A stretch of 64,000 bases of DNA from contig CBDBCY010000004.1 in the NCBI GenBank assembly GCA_965203555.1, forward strand, positions 1,504,001-1,568,000, written 5' to 3'. The notes below the pieces were generated by a model, which was not told the DNA's origin, did no database searches, and saw only the letters and a list, made by a program, of their open reading frames with translations. Position numbers and translations under genes: made by a program. Shown piece after piece: positions 10,016-19,630 of this stretch (position 1 is its first letter; the number at the start of each line of letters is the position of its first letter). The DNA is from Acidimicrobiia bacterium. GTDB lineage: Bacteria; Actinomycetota; Acidimicrobiia; Spongiisociales; ZC4RG35.

Positions 10016-11617
10016 CTAGAGGCCCATCCATGCCAGCAGAATTCGTATTTGAGACGACCGCTCACCACGGGCCGCGCCAGCAGCTTTCATTCTTGCCGTT
10101 CCTCTCTGCTCGGAACGGACAGCGCGCAGGTGCCGTGAAAGGCACCACACTGTCCAGAGTTTGTCACTGGTCTTTTCAATCATCCCCCTGCTGGCCAGTC
10201 CAGCCAGTTCACCACTTGCTGTCTGAGAGTCACAACCGGTCAAGACGCGGTACTGGGAGCTAGTTAAAGATCTATTGCGACGCAAAAACACCAGGCCGAG
10301 GCGCTGCCGATCACTGAGGCCGGTGGTGTCGAAGGTCGATAGCCATTGCACAGCCGCCGAATCAAGCAGTCCGTGGTTGCGGACAATCACCTTGAAGCTG
10401 TTGACATCATCTCTGATGATCGGTGGTTCCAAGCCAGCCTTCCTGAGAAAGGCAGCAATGGTCAAGAGACCCGAACCTCGGTTTTCGCAGACAGTCCGGC
10501 CCGAACGTGGCACTTCAACATCTTCCAGCATTTTGGCAAGTTGAGCGTTGCGCGAGGAGGTCACCGGTTCGGCAAGTAGCTTCTCACGGTCGACCGCACC
10601 GTGGAGCCCACCGGGGCTCACGACTTCTAGTCGGTCGGGATACAATTCGATTCGGACCTGCGTGCCGTGCGCCAGTGGATGGTAGTCGCGGTGCATGAGG
10701 GCATTCACAATAATCTCACGCACCACTTGTTCGGGATACTCCCAGTGATCCATGCGACCCTCCCCGGTTACGACAGCTCGTCGTTTCAAGTTCCGTCGCA
10801 CAGCGGCCACAGCACCAACCACCATCTCTGGAATGGGACCATCTATAGATTCGTTATCGAGAAAACGGGTCCCGTCGTCAAGTGGCTCACCATTTAAAGT
10901 CGGATAGGCCACGAATGTCACATTGAGTTGGGGAACGAATTGCTGAGGGTAACGTCCCAAAGAGAGAAGACCTGCAAGACTGATTCCAGGATCTCCGTCA
11001 CCGACGGTCACGCCAACCATGCGCAAGATATCTTGGTCATCCGAGTTGCTAACCGCTGGGCCACGGCGGCGCATGCGACGCAACAGGGCAGCGACCAACT
11101 CTCGGTCTAGGTGTTCGTAGGTGGCGTCGGCGACCAAGGTCATATCATTCCGAGGCTGGCCGCGGCCCGACATCAAGACATGAATCTCGTAGCCACTCAA
11201 CCGCCGGTCTCCATCGTGAGTGCGTATGTAAGCACCACCCTCAAGACCTCGGCTCTTCACATAACATGGCTTCTGCGCAGGGGACAACTCCTCCACCAAC
11301 GCTGCCACAACCTGATGACCCTTGATAGTGACGATCTCTATCTCCGGGCGAATCGATGGTTCAAGGTCATCTGCACAAGCGGCCGCTAGATCAGCGGCAA
11401 GCTTCGCGGCATCGACATTCACCGGCTCAAAGGCAGGATCGCTCAACCCGAGCAGCAGCAAACCGCCGCTCGTGTTGGCAAAGGCGGCAATTGAGTTTAT
11501 GGCTTTTTTGGGCAGTCCACCCTCTGCTTGCTTAGCTTCCACGGTCCGATAGTCAGTCCCGATCTCTCTCATTTGCCGCACAGCCGCATAAGCCTGCTTC
11601 TGAAGATCCGTTGTCAT
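10016..11617 (-). CDS. Schlafen/AlbA_2 + HATPase_c_4 + HTH protein (RecG-annotated ATP-binding regulator); C-terminus frameshifted
   Basis: AlbA_2 motifs VEAK and AFANTSGGLLLLG, then REIIVNALMHRDY, VSPGG, SRN, ENRGSG and a C-terminal HTH. A further wHTH continues out of frame to about 9869. Confidence 0.85.
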   Translation of the reverse strand: MTTDLQKQAYAAVRQMREIGTDYRTVEAKQAEGGLPKKAINSIAAFANTSGGLLLLGLSDPAFEPVNVDAAKLAADLAAACADDLEPSIRPEIEIVTIKGHQVVAALVEELSPAQKPCYVKSRGLEGGAYIRTHDGDRRLSGYEIHVLMSGRGQPRNDMTLVADATYEHLDRELVAALLRRMRRRGPAVSNSDDQDILRMVGVTVGDGDPGISLAGLLSLGRYPQQFVPQLNVTFVAYPTLNGEPLDDGTRFLDNESIDGPIPEMVVGAVAAVRRNLKRRAVVTGEGRMDHWEYPEQVVREIIVNALMHRDYHPLAHGTQVRIELYPDRLEVVSPGGLHGAVDREKLLAEPVTSSRNAQLAKMLEDVEVPRSGRTVCENRGSGLLTIAAFLRKAGLEPPIIRDDVNSFKVIVRNHGLLDSAAVQWLSTFDTTGLSDRQRLGLVFLRRNRSLTSSQYRVLTGCDSQTASGELAGLASRGMIEKTSDKLWTVWCLSRHLRAVRSEQRGTARMKAAGAARGERSSQIRILLAWMGL

Positions 11618-11925
11618 CGATCTGTGGGGTTTGGTTTGCTAGCTAACAAAAAGACCAACTCGTTTTCTGTTGAAACAGGCAAAATACTTCCAGTTACCTT
11701 GGCGAATTTGCTAGTAACTCCAAAATTTATAAGGCTACCTTGGTACTATCAAAGACTAGCATAGCAAATTGCAGGCTATTAGCTAGCTCTTAACAAGTCG
11801 ACCCGACTGGTGGCCTTTCGACCATGGAATTTGCGGGTTTCTTAGCCCTGCTTGGATTCCACGTCCTGGTTCACAATCCCTTCCAGGCTACAAGGTCCAA
11901 TGCCTTTGAGTGGGACCAGCCCCTA

Positions 11926-13038
11926 CTAAGGACGAATCTGGGCAATTATCTCCTCAACAGAGAGGCCTTCTAGGCCCAAGCGCTTCAAAGTGCGACCTTC
12001 GGTTATGGCCTTTTGCAAACCAACGGCGGACGCCATGGTCAGCAAGGCCGAGGCCACTGGGGTAGGCACCCCGGCCACCTTTGCCAACTCCACCATCGGC
12101 AGGAGTCCGTAACCGAAGTCCTCGGTGTAGTAGCGATGACCCAGAGAATCGGGGGCCATTATCCGGGCGTTGGCGCTGCCGGTGGAAATCGCTCCCTGTA
12201 TGTCGTCCAGATCTGCGCCGGGGTCCACCGTGCCGATGGCCGACATCTCCTCCATCAGGGACCACAAACGGTAACCAAAGGCGGAGGCCACTGCCAGCCG
12301 CTCTTCGTCCAGGCTCGCCATGACCGACGCCACCCCCGAAGTCATCCCTTCCACATAGAACCGGAAATCCCCACCGGTGGCCTCCACCCAGGCCGCTCCC
12401 AGGATGGCACCGGGAGGATGAAGCACCATGTTCACCTCCGCCAGCCCCACCGCCAGGACATCGGGCTGCCTTATCACTCCGGGATACAGCAGATCCGCCA
12501 GATCCAAAGCTCTTTCTCCACCGCCAAGGCATCCGGCCAGCATCCGGGAGGCGGCCCCGGTTATGTTCACCACCCACTGCCAGCCGCCTTCCGCGGCCTC
12601 GTCCCCGCTCGCCGAGGCCGGGAAGGCTCGTACCGTGTAAGGCAGGGTCGAACACTCGGCCACGGGGGATATCGGCTCCAGCCCGGCATCACCCATCACC
12701 TTCGCCACCTCCAAGGCCCCTCCCAGATGCCCGGGCGCCAGTATCACAGGTATCCCGCAGTAGGCATCCGCCAAGAGTCGGGCGATATGACGGTGAGCAG
12801 TGGAAGGCAGGCAAACCAGGATCCCGGCCGCCCCCACCATCGCCGACGGCAGATCGTCAGTGCAGGTAACGGGCATCACCCCGTCTCCGAACACTCCCCG
12901 GTAGGCAAGCCGGAATCCCGTCGGAGGCCTCTGGAGCACGGTGCGACGCCACCAGATGACATCGAATCCCCGAAGCGTCAGGTCCACGGTGGCGCCCATG
13001 CCCCCCGCTCCCCCTCCCATCACCACTATCCGGGTCAT
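11926..13038 (-). CDS. NAD/NADP octopine/nopaline (opine) dehydrogenase family
   Basis: Rossmann GGGAGG, NMVLHPP, LDEERLAVA, HRYYTEDFGYG. Confidence 0.85.
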   Translation of the reverse strand: MTRIVVMGGGAGGMGATVDLTLRGFDVIWWRRTVLQRPPTGFRLAYRGVFGDGVMPVTCTDDLPSAMVGAAGILVCLPSTAHRHIARLLADAYCGIPVILAPGHLGGALEVAKVMGDAGLEPISPVAECSTLPYTVRAFPASASGDEAAEGGWQWVVNITGAASRMLAGCLGGGERALDLADLLYPGVIRQPDVLAVGLAEVNMVLHPPGAILGAAWVEATGGDFRFYVEGMTSGVASVMASLDEERLAVASAFGYRLWSLMEEMSAIGTVDPGADLDDIQGAISTGSANARIMAPDSLGHRYYTEDFGYGLLPMVELAKVAGVPTPVASALLTMASAVGLQKAITEGRTLKRLGLEGLSVEEIIAQIRP

Positions 13039-13041
13039 GGG

Positions 13042-14232
13042 CTACCCCTCACTCGACAGATCCAGGACTTTCACCTCGGCAACCGAGTACCCTTCCACCT
13101 TGGCCAAGTCGACCTCCACTCCCAGGCCAGGCCCGTCGGGTACCATCACCCGTCCCTCTTCGAAACCGAACGCCCCGGTGATCAGGTCATCGGTGTAGTA
13201 GATGCCGGCGATTTCAGGACGGTCGCTACCTTCGGAACCCGAGACCGGGCAAACACTGGGTAGGACAGCGTTCTCCGCCGCCGCTCCCAGCGCCAGGTTG
13301 GCGGCGTTGCCGATTCCCGTTTCGATCGAGCCGCCGATGTCGCACATCATGCCCAGGCGACGGGCGGTCTCGGCTTGCTGGCGGGCTCGGAAGAGGCCTC
13401 CCGGTTTGGTGACGTAACAAGAAAAGTATTCGGCGGCGCCCAAGTCGACCAGTTCCCATATGTCCTCCACCGTCCACGCCGACTCGTCGGCCATCACCGG
13501 CGTATCGATCCGCTGAGCCACCGCCGCCAATCCTTCCGCCCCCGCTACGGGTTGCTCGCACAGCATGATGTCATACTCCTCCTGGGCCCTGGTCACTCTC
13601 ACCGCTTCCGCAACATGGGAATACCCCTCATTCCCGTCCACTCTGATCTTGACATCGGGACCCACTAGTTCCCGGAGACGCCGCACCAACTCCACATCTC
13701 GAACCGGGTCAAGTCCGGTCTTGCACTTGATGGTCAATGCCCCCTCGGCCACTGCCCGCCCGGCTTCCTCCAAGCAGCGGTCGATGGACATGATTCCCAA
13801 GGAATGCGCCAGTTCGATCCCCTGCCGGTGAGAGCCTCCCAGGAGGGTGGATATCCCCACCCCCATGGCCCGTCCGGCCAAGTCGTAGCAGGCCATGTCG
13901 ATCATGGCCTTGGCATAAGGATGGCCCTTGACGGCTTTGTCCATCCGGGCGTGGACCACCGCGATCTCACGAGGGTCGAGGCCGGCCACGGCCGGAAGCA
14001 AGTGGTTGGCCGCCACTGTCTGCACCGTCTCGGGCGACTCGCCGTAGTAGCGCATCGCCGATCCACCCCAGGTGATCCCGGCCGGCGCTTCCCCCCAACC
14101 TTCCAAGTCCTGGTCGGTCCCCAGGCGCAGTATGGCATGGCGACCGATGGGAGCAGTCATCTTGGACGCCCATGTGTGGTGGCGACGAGTAGGTAAGGCC
14201 ACTATCCAGATGGCGGCGGTGGCGATCCTCAC
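13042..14232 (-). CDS. Enolase-superfamily enzyme (muconate lactonizing enzyme subgroup)
   Basis: Motifs GWGEA, KAMIDMACYDL, KCK, metal ligands DGNE / EQP / ADES, PDGPGLGVE. Confidence 0.9.
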   Translation of the reverse strand: MRIATAAIWIVALPTRRHHTWASKMTAPIGRHAILRLGTDQDLEGWGEAPAGITWGGSAMRYYGESPETVQTVAANHLLPAVAGLDPREIAVVHARMDKAVKGHPYAKAMIDMACYDLAGRAMGVGISTLLGGSHRQGIELAHSLGIMSIDRCLEEAGRAVAEGALTIKCKTGLDPVRDVELVRRLRELVGPDVKIRVDGNEGYSHVAEAVRVTRAQEEYDIMLCEQPVAGAEGLAAVAQRIDTPVMADESAWTVEDIWELVDLGAAEYFSCYVTKPGGLFRARQQAETARRLGMMCDIGGSIETGIGNAANLALGAAAENAVLPSVCPVSGSEGSDRPEIAGIYYTDDLITGAFGFEEGRVMVPDGPGLGVEVDLAKVEGYSVAEVKVLDLSSEG

Positions 14233-15224
14233 GTCTTTTCCGTCTCGTAGAGCTCGATCTCATTGCCGTCGGGATCGGCCACATAGACGGTGAGGCCGTA
14301 AGGTCCGGGTCCCAGGGGACGAACGATCCGGTAACCCGCCGCCGCCACCATCCGCTCGAACTCGGCCACTCCTTCCACCTCGAACGCAAAGTGGTCCACC
14401 TGCCCGCCCTTGCCCGTACCTCCTTCGGTGAGCCCCAAGCCCTGCTCTATTCCGATGAAGCGACGTCCGTCCCGAAAAGGCGTGCGGTTTTTGACCTTGA
14501 GTCCCAGCAGATCGACGTAGAAGCGCTCAGCGGCGTCCAGGTCGGTGGTCTCCAGCAGCACATGTCGTATCCCTTTTACCACCGGTCGTAGGCTCTCTTC
14601 CAACCAGTCGGTGACTTGCCCTGACGTCGTGAGATGGGCCAGGTAGTGCGACCAGACTTCCAGGGCGGATGGTTCCCATCGAGGACGGACCCCGGCGATA
14701 CAGTCGGTTACCGCCACCACGTCGTAGTCCCGCAGGTAAGCCTCCCGCACGGTGGTCTCGACACAGGCGTTCAGCGTCACCCCCGTTATGAACAGGGTCC
14801 GCACCCCCAGCATGCGCAGCAAGGCTTCGAGGCGCGTCTCATAGAAGGCGCCGAACCGGTGCTTTTGCACAACCATGGTCGGATCATCGGCCAGACCCGC
14901 CAATTCCTCCACGATCTCCGCATCCCAGGTCCCCGCCAGGGCCGCCACCCTCGAACGTCGCTCGGTGTGGGATGGAAGGCGCTTCCGCTGCCGGCCCCGG
15001 TCCGGTTGGAGATGGGCCTGGACCGTCCAGACGACCGGGATGCCGGCCCCCTTGAAGGCCGAGACCATTTTGCCCAGGGGCGCATAGACCCTTCGGACCG
15101 GACCGACATCCACTCCCGAATCGCCCAAGGTCCCCTCCGGATGGCAAAAGGCGTTCTGCATGTCGATCACCAGCAACGCCGACGATCCTGCGTCGAGAGC
15201 AGAAAGGCTGGAGACCTCGCTCAT
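14229..15224 (-). CDS. Isochorismatase-family cysteine hydrolase fused to a VOC/glyoxalase domain
   Basis: Triad motifs IDMQNAF, KHRFGAF, GVTLNACVETT; C-terminal VOC motifs RHVLL, AERFY, DHFAF, YVADPDGNEIEL. ATG 15224 overlaps the upstream stop. Confidence 0.88.
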   Translation of the reverse strand: MSEVSSLSALDAGSSALLVIDMQNAFCHPEGTLGDSGVDVGPVRRVYAPLGKMVSAFKGAGIPVVWTVQAHLQPDRGRQRKRLPSHTERRSRVAALAGTWDAEIVEELAGLADDPTMVVQKHRFGAFYETRLEALLRMLGVRTLFITGVTLNACVETTVREAYLRDYDVVAVTDCIAGVRPRWEPSALEVWSHYLAHLTTSGQVTDWLEESLRPVVKGIRHVLLETTDLDAAERFYVDLLGLKVKNRTPFRDGRRFIGIEQGLGLTEGGTGKGGQVDHFAFEVEGVAEFERMVAAAGYRIVRPLGPGPYGLTVYVADPDGNEIELYETEKT

Positions 15225-15415
15225 ACGTCGGTGCGATCCGGACCGAGCACGCCGGCCAGTCCCCAACTTTCCCGCGGAACATCATGAATGATCACATGCA
15301 GAGCATCCGGTCGGGCGTCGGCATGTTCCACCATCGCCTCGGTGATGGCTTTCACCAGTCGACGCTTTTGTTCGACGGTCCTTCCTTCCCACATCTCCAC
15401 CGTAACAACCGGCAC
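15221..15415 (-). CDS. 4-oxalocrotonate tautomerase family protein
   Basis: 64 aa with catalytic Pro-1 (PVVTV), GRTVEQKRRL, WGLAG. Confidence 0.92.
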   Translation of the reverse strand: MPVVTVEMWEGRTVEQKRRLVKAITEAMVEHADARPDALHVIIHDVPRESWGLAGVLGPDRTDV

Positions 15416-15530
15416 GGCGCTGCTCCCTTCTTGGTGCTCGCATCTAAATTTAGGGCAGTTGCAGCCAGCCGTTTCCGATAGCCTTCACAGCATCACTCAA
15501 CCACCCGCTTCCGAGGCCCCCCACCCTTCC

Positions 15531-17306
15531 TTGGCCCCCCACCCTTCCTTCATCTGGGAGATGGTAGTTCTGGGTGACCGGATGGCGGCTTTGTCCCTGG
15601 CGTCCGAAGCTGTGGCGGGTGGTCTTCAACGGGTGCTGGTGCTCTCCCCCTCCGACCCCGGGGTCCACCCCGGCCGTTTCGAGGCGCCGGGAATGACGGT
15701 GCGGTACGAGACTGTGGCCCGGCGCGTCCGCCAGGTACGCGGCCCTCTCCTGGTTGTGGACACCTCCACCGGTCCGGTGACGGCCCGGATGGTGGTGTTG
15801 GATCTGCCCCACCCTCCCCCGGATCGGCGCTCGCCGCGAATTGCCGTCGACCCTTCGGTGTCCCACCGGGTGTTCACCCATCCGACCCAATTGGAAACGG
15901 CCCCCGGGGACGTGGTGGTGACGGGAGAGGGTGACGAGCCGGTGGAGTGGACCCTGCAACTCCTGAACGAGGGAGCGAAGGTGGTCCTGTGCATTCATCA
16001 CACCGAATTCGGCAAGATGTCCTTTCTGGCCAGACGAACCGTCCGGCGCCTCGAGGCCCAGCGGCAGATCACTGTGTTCTGGCAATCCCCGCCGACCCGG
16101 GTCTACGACATCAAGGGTTACCCGATGGTGACCTTCGGCAATCGCCAGACCCCCGATCTGCAGTTCGATCATGTGCTGGTCTCAGGACCCGAAGCGTCCG
16201 CCACCCAACTGCTGGAGGGTTCCGGAGTCGAGGTGGAGAAGGGACCTCTCCCCATTCACCTGCTGGTTCACCGGCATGGAATGGAAGAGGACCCCGAGGG
16301 GGTGGTCACCCTCCCCGCCGACCGGGCCTGGGAAACCACGCGGTCCCGACACTTTGCTTCCCTGCCCTTCCTGCCCCACCGGGAGACTCCGGTCCGGGCC
16401 GGGCAGCGGCTGTTCAACCTGGAAAACCGTTTTTACAACGCCACCATTACCTGGTTCCGGAGGGTTAATCCCGATCTGTGGATCGTCAGAGTGCAGCCCG
16501 ACCAGCGCGATTCCCCTCTGGTGCCCGGACAATACGCCACCCTGGGACTGGGTTACTGGGAACCGAGGGTGGACGGCGCCGAAGACCGGCTGGTAGGCGA
16601 GGAGCGACTGGTGAGAAGGTCCTATTCCATCTCCTCCCGTATCTTCGACTCCAAGGGATACCTGACCGATCCGGCCTACGAGGAGCACCTCGAGTTCTAT
16701 ATCGTGCTGGTCCGACCCAATGTGGACCGTCTTCCGGGTCTGACGCCCAGACTGGCTCTCAAACATGAGGGAGACCGGATCTATTTGGGACCCCGGATGG
16801 CCGGTCGCTACACCCTGGCGGGCGTGACAGACCCCTTTTCCGATGTGCTGTTCCTGGCCACCGGCACTGGGGAGGCGCCCCACAACGCCATGGCCGTGGA
16901 GTTGTTCCGCAAGGGACACCAGGGCCGCGTGATTTCGGTGGTCTCGGTCAGATACGCGGCCGACCTCGGATACGTGGCCCGGCACCGGGCCCTGGAAGAA
17001 CGCTTTCCCAACTACCGCTACCTGCCATTGGTCACCCGCGAGGACGCCCCTGGGACGCTGAGGATGCGCATCCAGCAGTTGATCGCCGAGGACCGGCTCA
17101 CCGAGGAGACCGGCCTGGAACTCGATCCCTCCCGCCTGAAGGTCTTCATGTGCGGCAACCCGGCCATGATCGGGGCACCGGAGTGGCTGGACGATCAACC
17201 GACCTTCAGTGAGACGCTGGGAGTAGCCCAACTGTTGGCGGAGCGGGGATTTACCCTCCCTCGTCATGGCGTCAAATCGAATATTCACTATGAAGAGTAC
17301 TGGTAG
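15531..17306 (+). CDS. Ferredoxin-NADP+ reductase with an N-terminal degenerate TrxB-like oxidoreductase domain
   Basis: C-terminal FNR motifs PGQYATLGL, RRSYSISS, LATGTGEAP, FMCGNPAMI, terminal EEYW. The N-terminal half has eroded Rossmann-like segments. Start uncertain (TTG 15531 or ATG 15561). Confidence 0.75.
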   Translation: MAPHPSFIWEMVVLGDRMAALSLASEAVAGGLQRVLVLSPSDPGVHPGRFEAPGMTVRYETVARRVRQVRGPLLVVDTSTGPVTARMVVLDLPHPPPDRRSPRIAVDPSVSHRVFTHPTQLETAPGDVVVTGEGDEPVEWTLQLLNEGAKVVLCIHHTEFGKMSFLARRTVRRLEAQRQITVFWQSPPTRVYDIKGYPMVTFGNRQTPDLQFDHVLVSGPEASATQLLEGSGVEVEKGPLPIHLLVHRHGMEEDPEGVVTLPADRAWETTRSRHFASLPFLPHRETPVRAGQRLFNLENRFYNATITWFRRVNPDLWIVRVQPDQRDSPLVPGQYATLGLGYWEPRVDGAEDRLVGEERLVRRSYSISSRIFDSKGYLTDPAYEEHLEFYIVLVRPNVDRLPGLTPRLALKHEGDRIYLGPRMAGRYTLAGVTDPFSDVLFLATGTGEAPHNAMAVELFRKGHQGRVISVVSVRYAADLGYVARHRALEERFPNYRYLPLVTREDAPGTLRMRIQQLIAEDRLTEETGLELDPSRLKVFMCGNPAMIGAPEWLDDQPTFSETLGVAQLLAERGFTLPRHGVKSNIHYEEYW

Positions 17307-17315
17307 AAACAGGAC

Positions 17316-18218
17316 ATGACTGTCCGGTGGAGCGAGAAGGGGATCGCGGTGGTGGGAGGAGACCGCCGAGAGCAGGAGATCGCCCGACAGGCCGCAGCCA
17401 CCGGAGCCTCGGTCCGTGCCCACGGGTTCCCGTGGCCCGACCAGGGCATCCGCGGCGTGACACTGTGCGGGAACCCGCTGGAGGCCATGGAAGGCGCCCA
17501 TTACGGCCTTCTTCCCATTCCCGGTATCGCTTCGAACGGCGCTCTCTTCGCACCTGCGGCCCCCCGACCGATCATCCTGGGAGTCGGAGAACTGTATTCA
17601 ATGGCCCCGGGCGCCCACCTGATAATGGGTGAGGCCGACCCTCGCCTGCGGGCTGCCGCGGCCCGGGCCGGGATCCGTATCGCAGAATACGAGAACGACC
17701 GGGAACTGATGCTGCGGCGGGGCCCCGCCATCGTGGAGGGGGCGTTGGGAAAGATCATCGAACTGACCGAGATCACCATTCACAACGCCCGGGTGGGAAT
17801 GGTCGGTCAGGGGACCATCGGGTCGCTCCTCACTCGCACGCTGGTGCTTTTGGGAGCGAACGTGCTGGTGGCCGCCCGAAGTCCCGTCCAGCGGGCGGCG
17901 GCGGAAGCCGTCGGGGCATCCGCCGTGCATCTCGATCAACTTGCCGATCATGCCCACCGGCTGGACATGCTCCTCTCCACCGTCCCCGTCCAAGTGGTGG
18001 GAGAAGAGGTGCTCAGCCGGTTACCGGCGGGCGGTCTGGTGATGGATCTGGCGGCGCCGCCGGGAGGGGTGGACTTGGAGTTGGCCGCCCGGATGGGTCA
18101 CAATACCTGCTGGGCAAGAGGTTTGGGCGACCGGGCGCCGGTGACGGTCGGCGCCTCCCAATGGGAGGGCATCCGAAAGAGAATAGAACAGATCGAAGGG
18201 GCGTCCCATGAAAGCTGA
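17316..18218 (+). CDS. Dipicolinate synthase subunit A (DpsA/SpoVFA)-like NAD(P)-binding protein
   Basis: IAVVGGDRRE N-terminus, VEGA, ITIHNARV, GQGTIG, STVP and DLAAPPGGVD match DpsA motifs (IGGDARQ...DLASKPGGTD) recalled from memory. Confidence 0.78.
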   Translation: MTVRWSEKGIAVVGGDRREQEIARQAAATGASVRAHGFPWPDQGIRGVTLCGNPLEAMEGAHYGLLPIPGIASNGALFAPAAPRPIILGVGELYSMAPGAHLIMGEADPRLRAAAARAGIRIAEYENDRELMLRRGPAIVEGALGKIIELTEITIHNARVGMVGQGTIGSLLTRTLVLLGANVLVAARSPVQRAAAEAVGASAVHLDQLADHAHRLDMLLSTVPVQVVGEEVLSRLPAGGLVMDLAAPPGGVDLELAARMGHNTCWARGLGDRAPVTVGASQWEGIRKRIEQIEGASHES

Positions 18219-19554
18219 TTTGGTAATCCGAAACGCCCGAGTGGTTACCCACACCGGAGAATTCCGGGGAGGGGTCTCCGTTCTTGGGGAACAGATAACG
18301 GCGGTGGGCCGCAACGGAGATTTGCCGCAGGGTCGAAAAGTGATAGACGCCGACGGCCTGGCGCTGATGCCGGGAGTCATCGATCCCCACTGCCACCTGG
18401 GGGTCAATTACCCCTATGACGATGACATGGACACCGAGACGGCCGCCGCCGCCCGGGGCGGGATCACCACCGTGCTGCTGTACATTCGCAACCTGGAGCC
18501 CTCCTACGTTCCCTTTTACCGCGACCGCCGCCGCCGGGGAGAGGCCGTGGCCCGAATCGACTTCGGGTTTCACTTCGGGATCCAACGGGAAGAACACATC
18601 GCCGAGATTCCCCGGATCGCAGAGGAGACCGGCGTGCAGTCCTTCAAGTGCTATTTCGGCTACGAGCAGAAGAACCCGATCGGGATAGTGCCCGCCGACG
18701 ACGGCTGGGTGTACACCGCCATGACCAAGATCCGGGAACTCCCCAAGGGGGTGATCTCGGTCCACTGCGAGAACACCGAGATCGCCCGGTGGATAAAGCG
18801 TTCGGTGCAGGCCACGGGGCGGCAGGACCTGGGCGCCTACACCGAGTCACGGCCGGCTTTCTGCGAGGAGGAGACCATCGCCCGGATGATCTTTCTGGCC
18901 GAACGCACCGGTTGTCCCCTTTACGTGGTGCACACCAGCGTGGCGGCGGGTCCCCCGCTGGCCGCCCGAGCCCGCGCCCGGGGCGTGGACGTAACCATCG
19001 AGACCTGCCCGCACTACCTGGTACGCACCGCCTACGACCCCGATCTCGACATGCGGGCCAAGATCTCCCCGCCGCTTCGGGACGCCCAAGAGCAGGAGGG
19101 CCTGTGGGAGGGAATCTTCGCCGGCCAGGTGGAATCGATCGGCTCGGACCACGTTCCCTTCTTTCCCAAGAAGGGCGAGGACCTGTGGGAAGAAAAACCG
19201 GGAATCGTCTCCTTTCCCTGGGAGTTGGCCCTGCTGATGGAACACGGGGTGCATCGCCGGGGATTGTCCCTCTCCCATCTGGTAAAGCTGAACTCCTACG
19301 GACCGGCGCGCCGGTTCGGCTTCTATCCCCGCAAGGGCGCCATCATTCCCGGCGCGGACGCCGACCTGGTGCTGGTCGACCCCGATCGGGTGGACACGGT
19401 CCGCCACACCGGCAACGGGACCTGCATCTATGAGGGCATGGAACTTCGAGGATGGCCGGTGACGACCGTCAGCCGGGGCCAGGTGGTGTTCGAGAACGGC
19501 GAAGTAGACCCCGACTCCCTCGGTCACGGCCGGTGCGTGACACGGCCCGACTGA
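18208..19554 (+). CDS. Cyclic amidohydrolase (dihydroorotase/dihydropyrimidinase/allantoinase family)
   Basis: Motifs PGVIDPHCH, GGITT, SFK (carbamylated Lys), VHCE, VVHTS, ETCPHYL, KISPPLR, GSDH, GADADLV. Confidence 0.92.
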   Translation: MKADLVIRNARVVTHTGEFRGGVSVLGEQITAVGRNGDLPQGRKVIDADGLALMPGVIDPHCHLGVNYPYDDDMDTETAAAARGGITTVLLYIRNLEPSYVPFYRDRRRRGEAVARIDFGFHFGIQREEHIAEIPRIAEETGVQSFKCYFGYEQKNPIGIVPADDGWVYTAMTKIRELPKGVISVHCENTEIARWIKRSVQATGRQDLGAYTESRPAFCEEETIARMIFLAERTGCPLYVVHTSVAAGPPLAARARARGVDVTIETCPHYLVRTAYDPDLDMRAKISPPLRDAQEQEGLWEGIFAGQVESIGSDHVPFFPKKGEDLWEEKPGIVSFPWELALLMEHGVHRRGLSLSHLVKLNSYGPARRFGFYPRKGAIIPGADADLVLVDPDRVDTVRHTGNGTCIYEGMELRGWPVTTVSRGQVVFENGEVDPDSLGHGRCVTRPD

Positions 19555-19630
19555 GCAGGTTGCAGGAAGTCGGTATCCGGCGCAATAGCATGTCCGGTGA
19601 CGAATCGAGGTCGAGGTAAAGGAACAGCCG

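Noticed and set aside
9512-10138. 208-aa plus-strand ORF
   Set aside because: No motifs, atypical composition, and it overlaps the frameshifted tail of the minus-strand gene.
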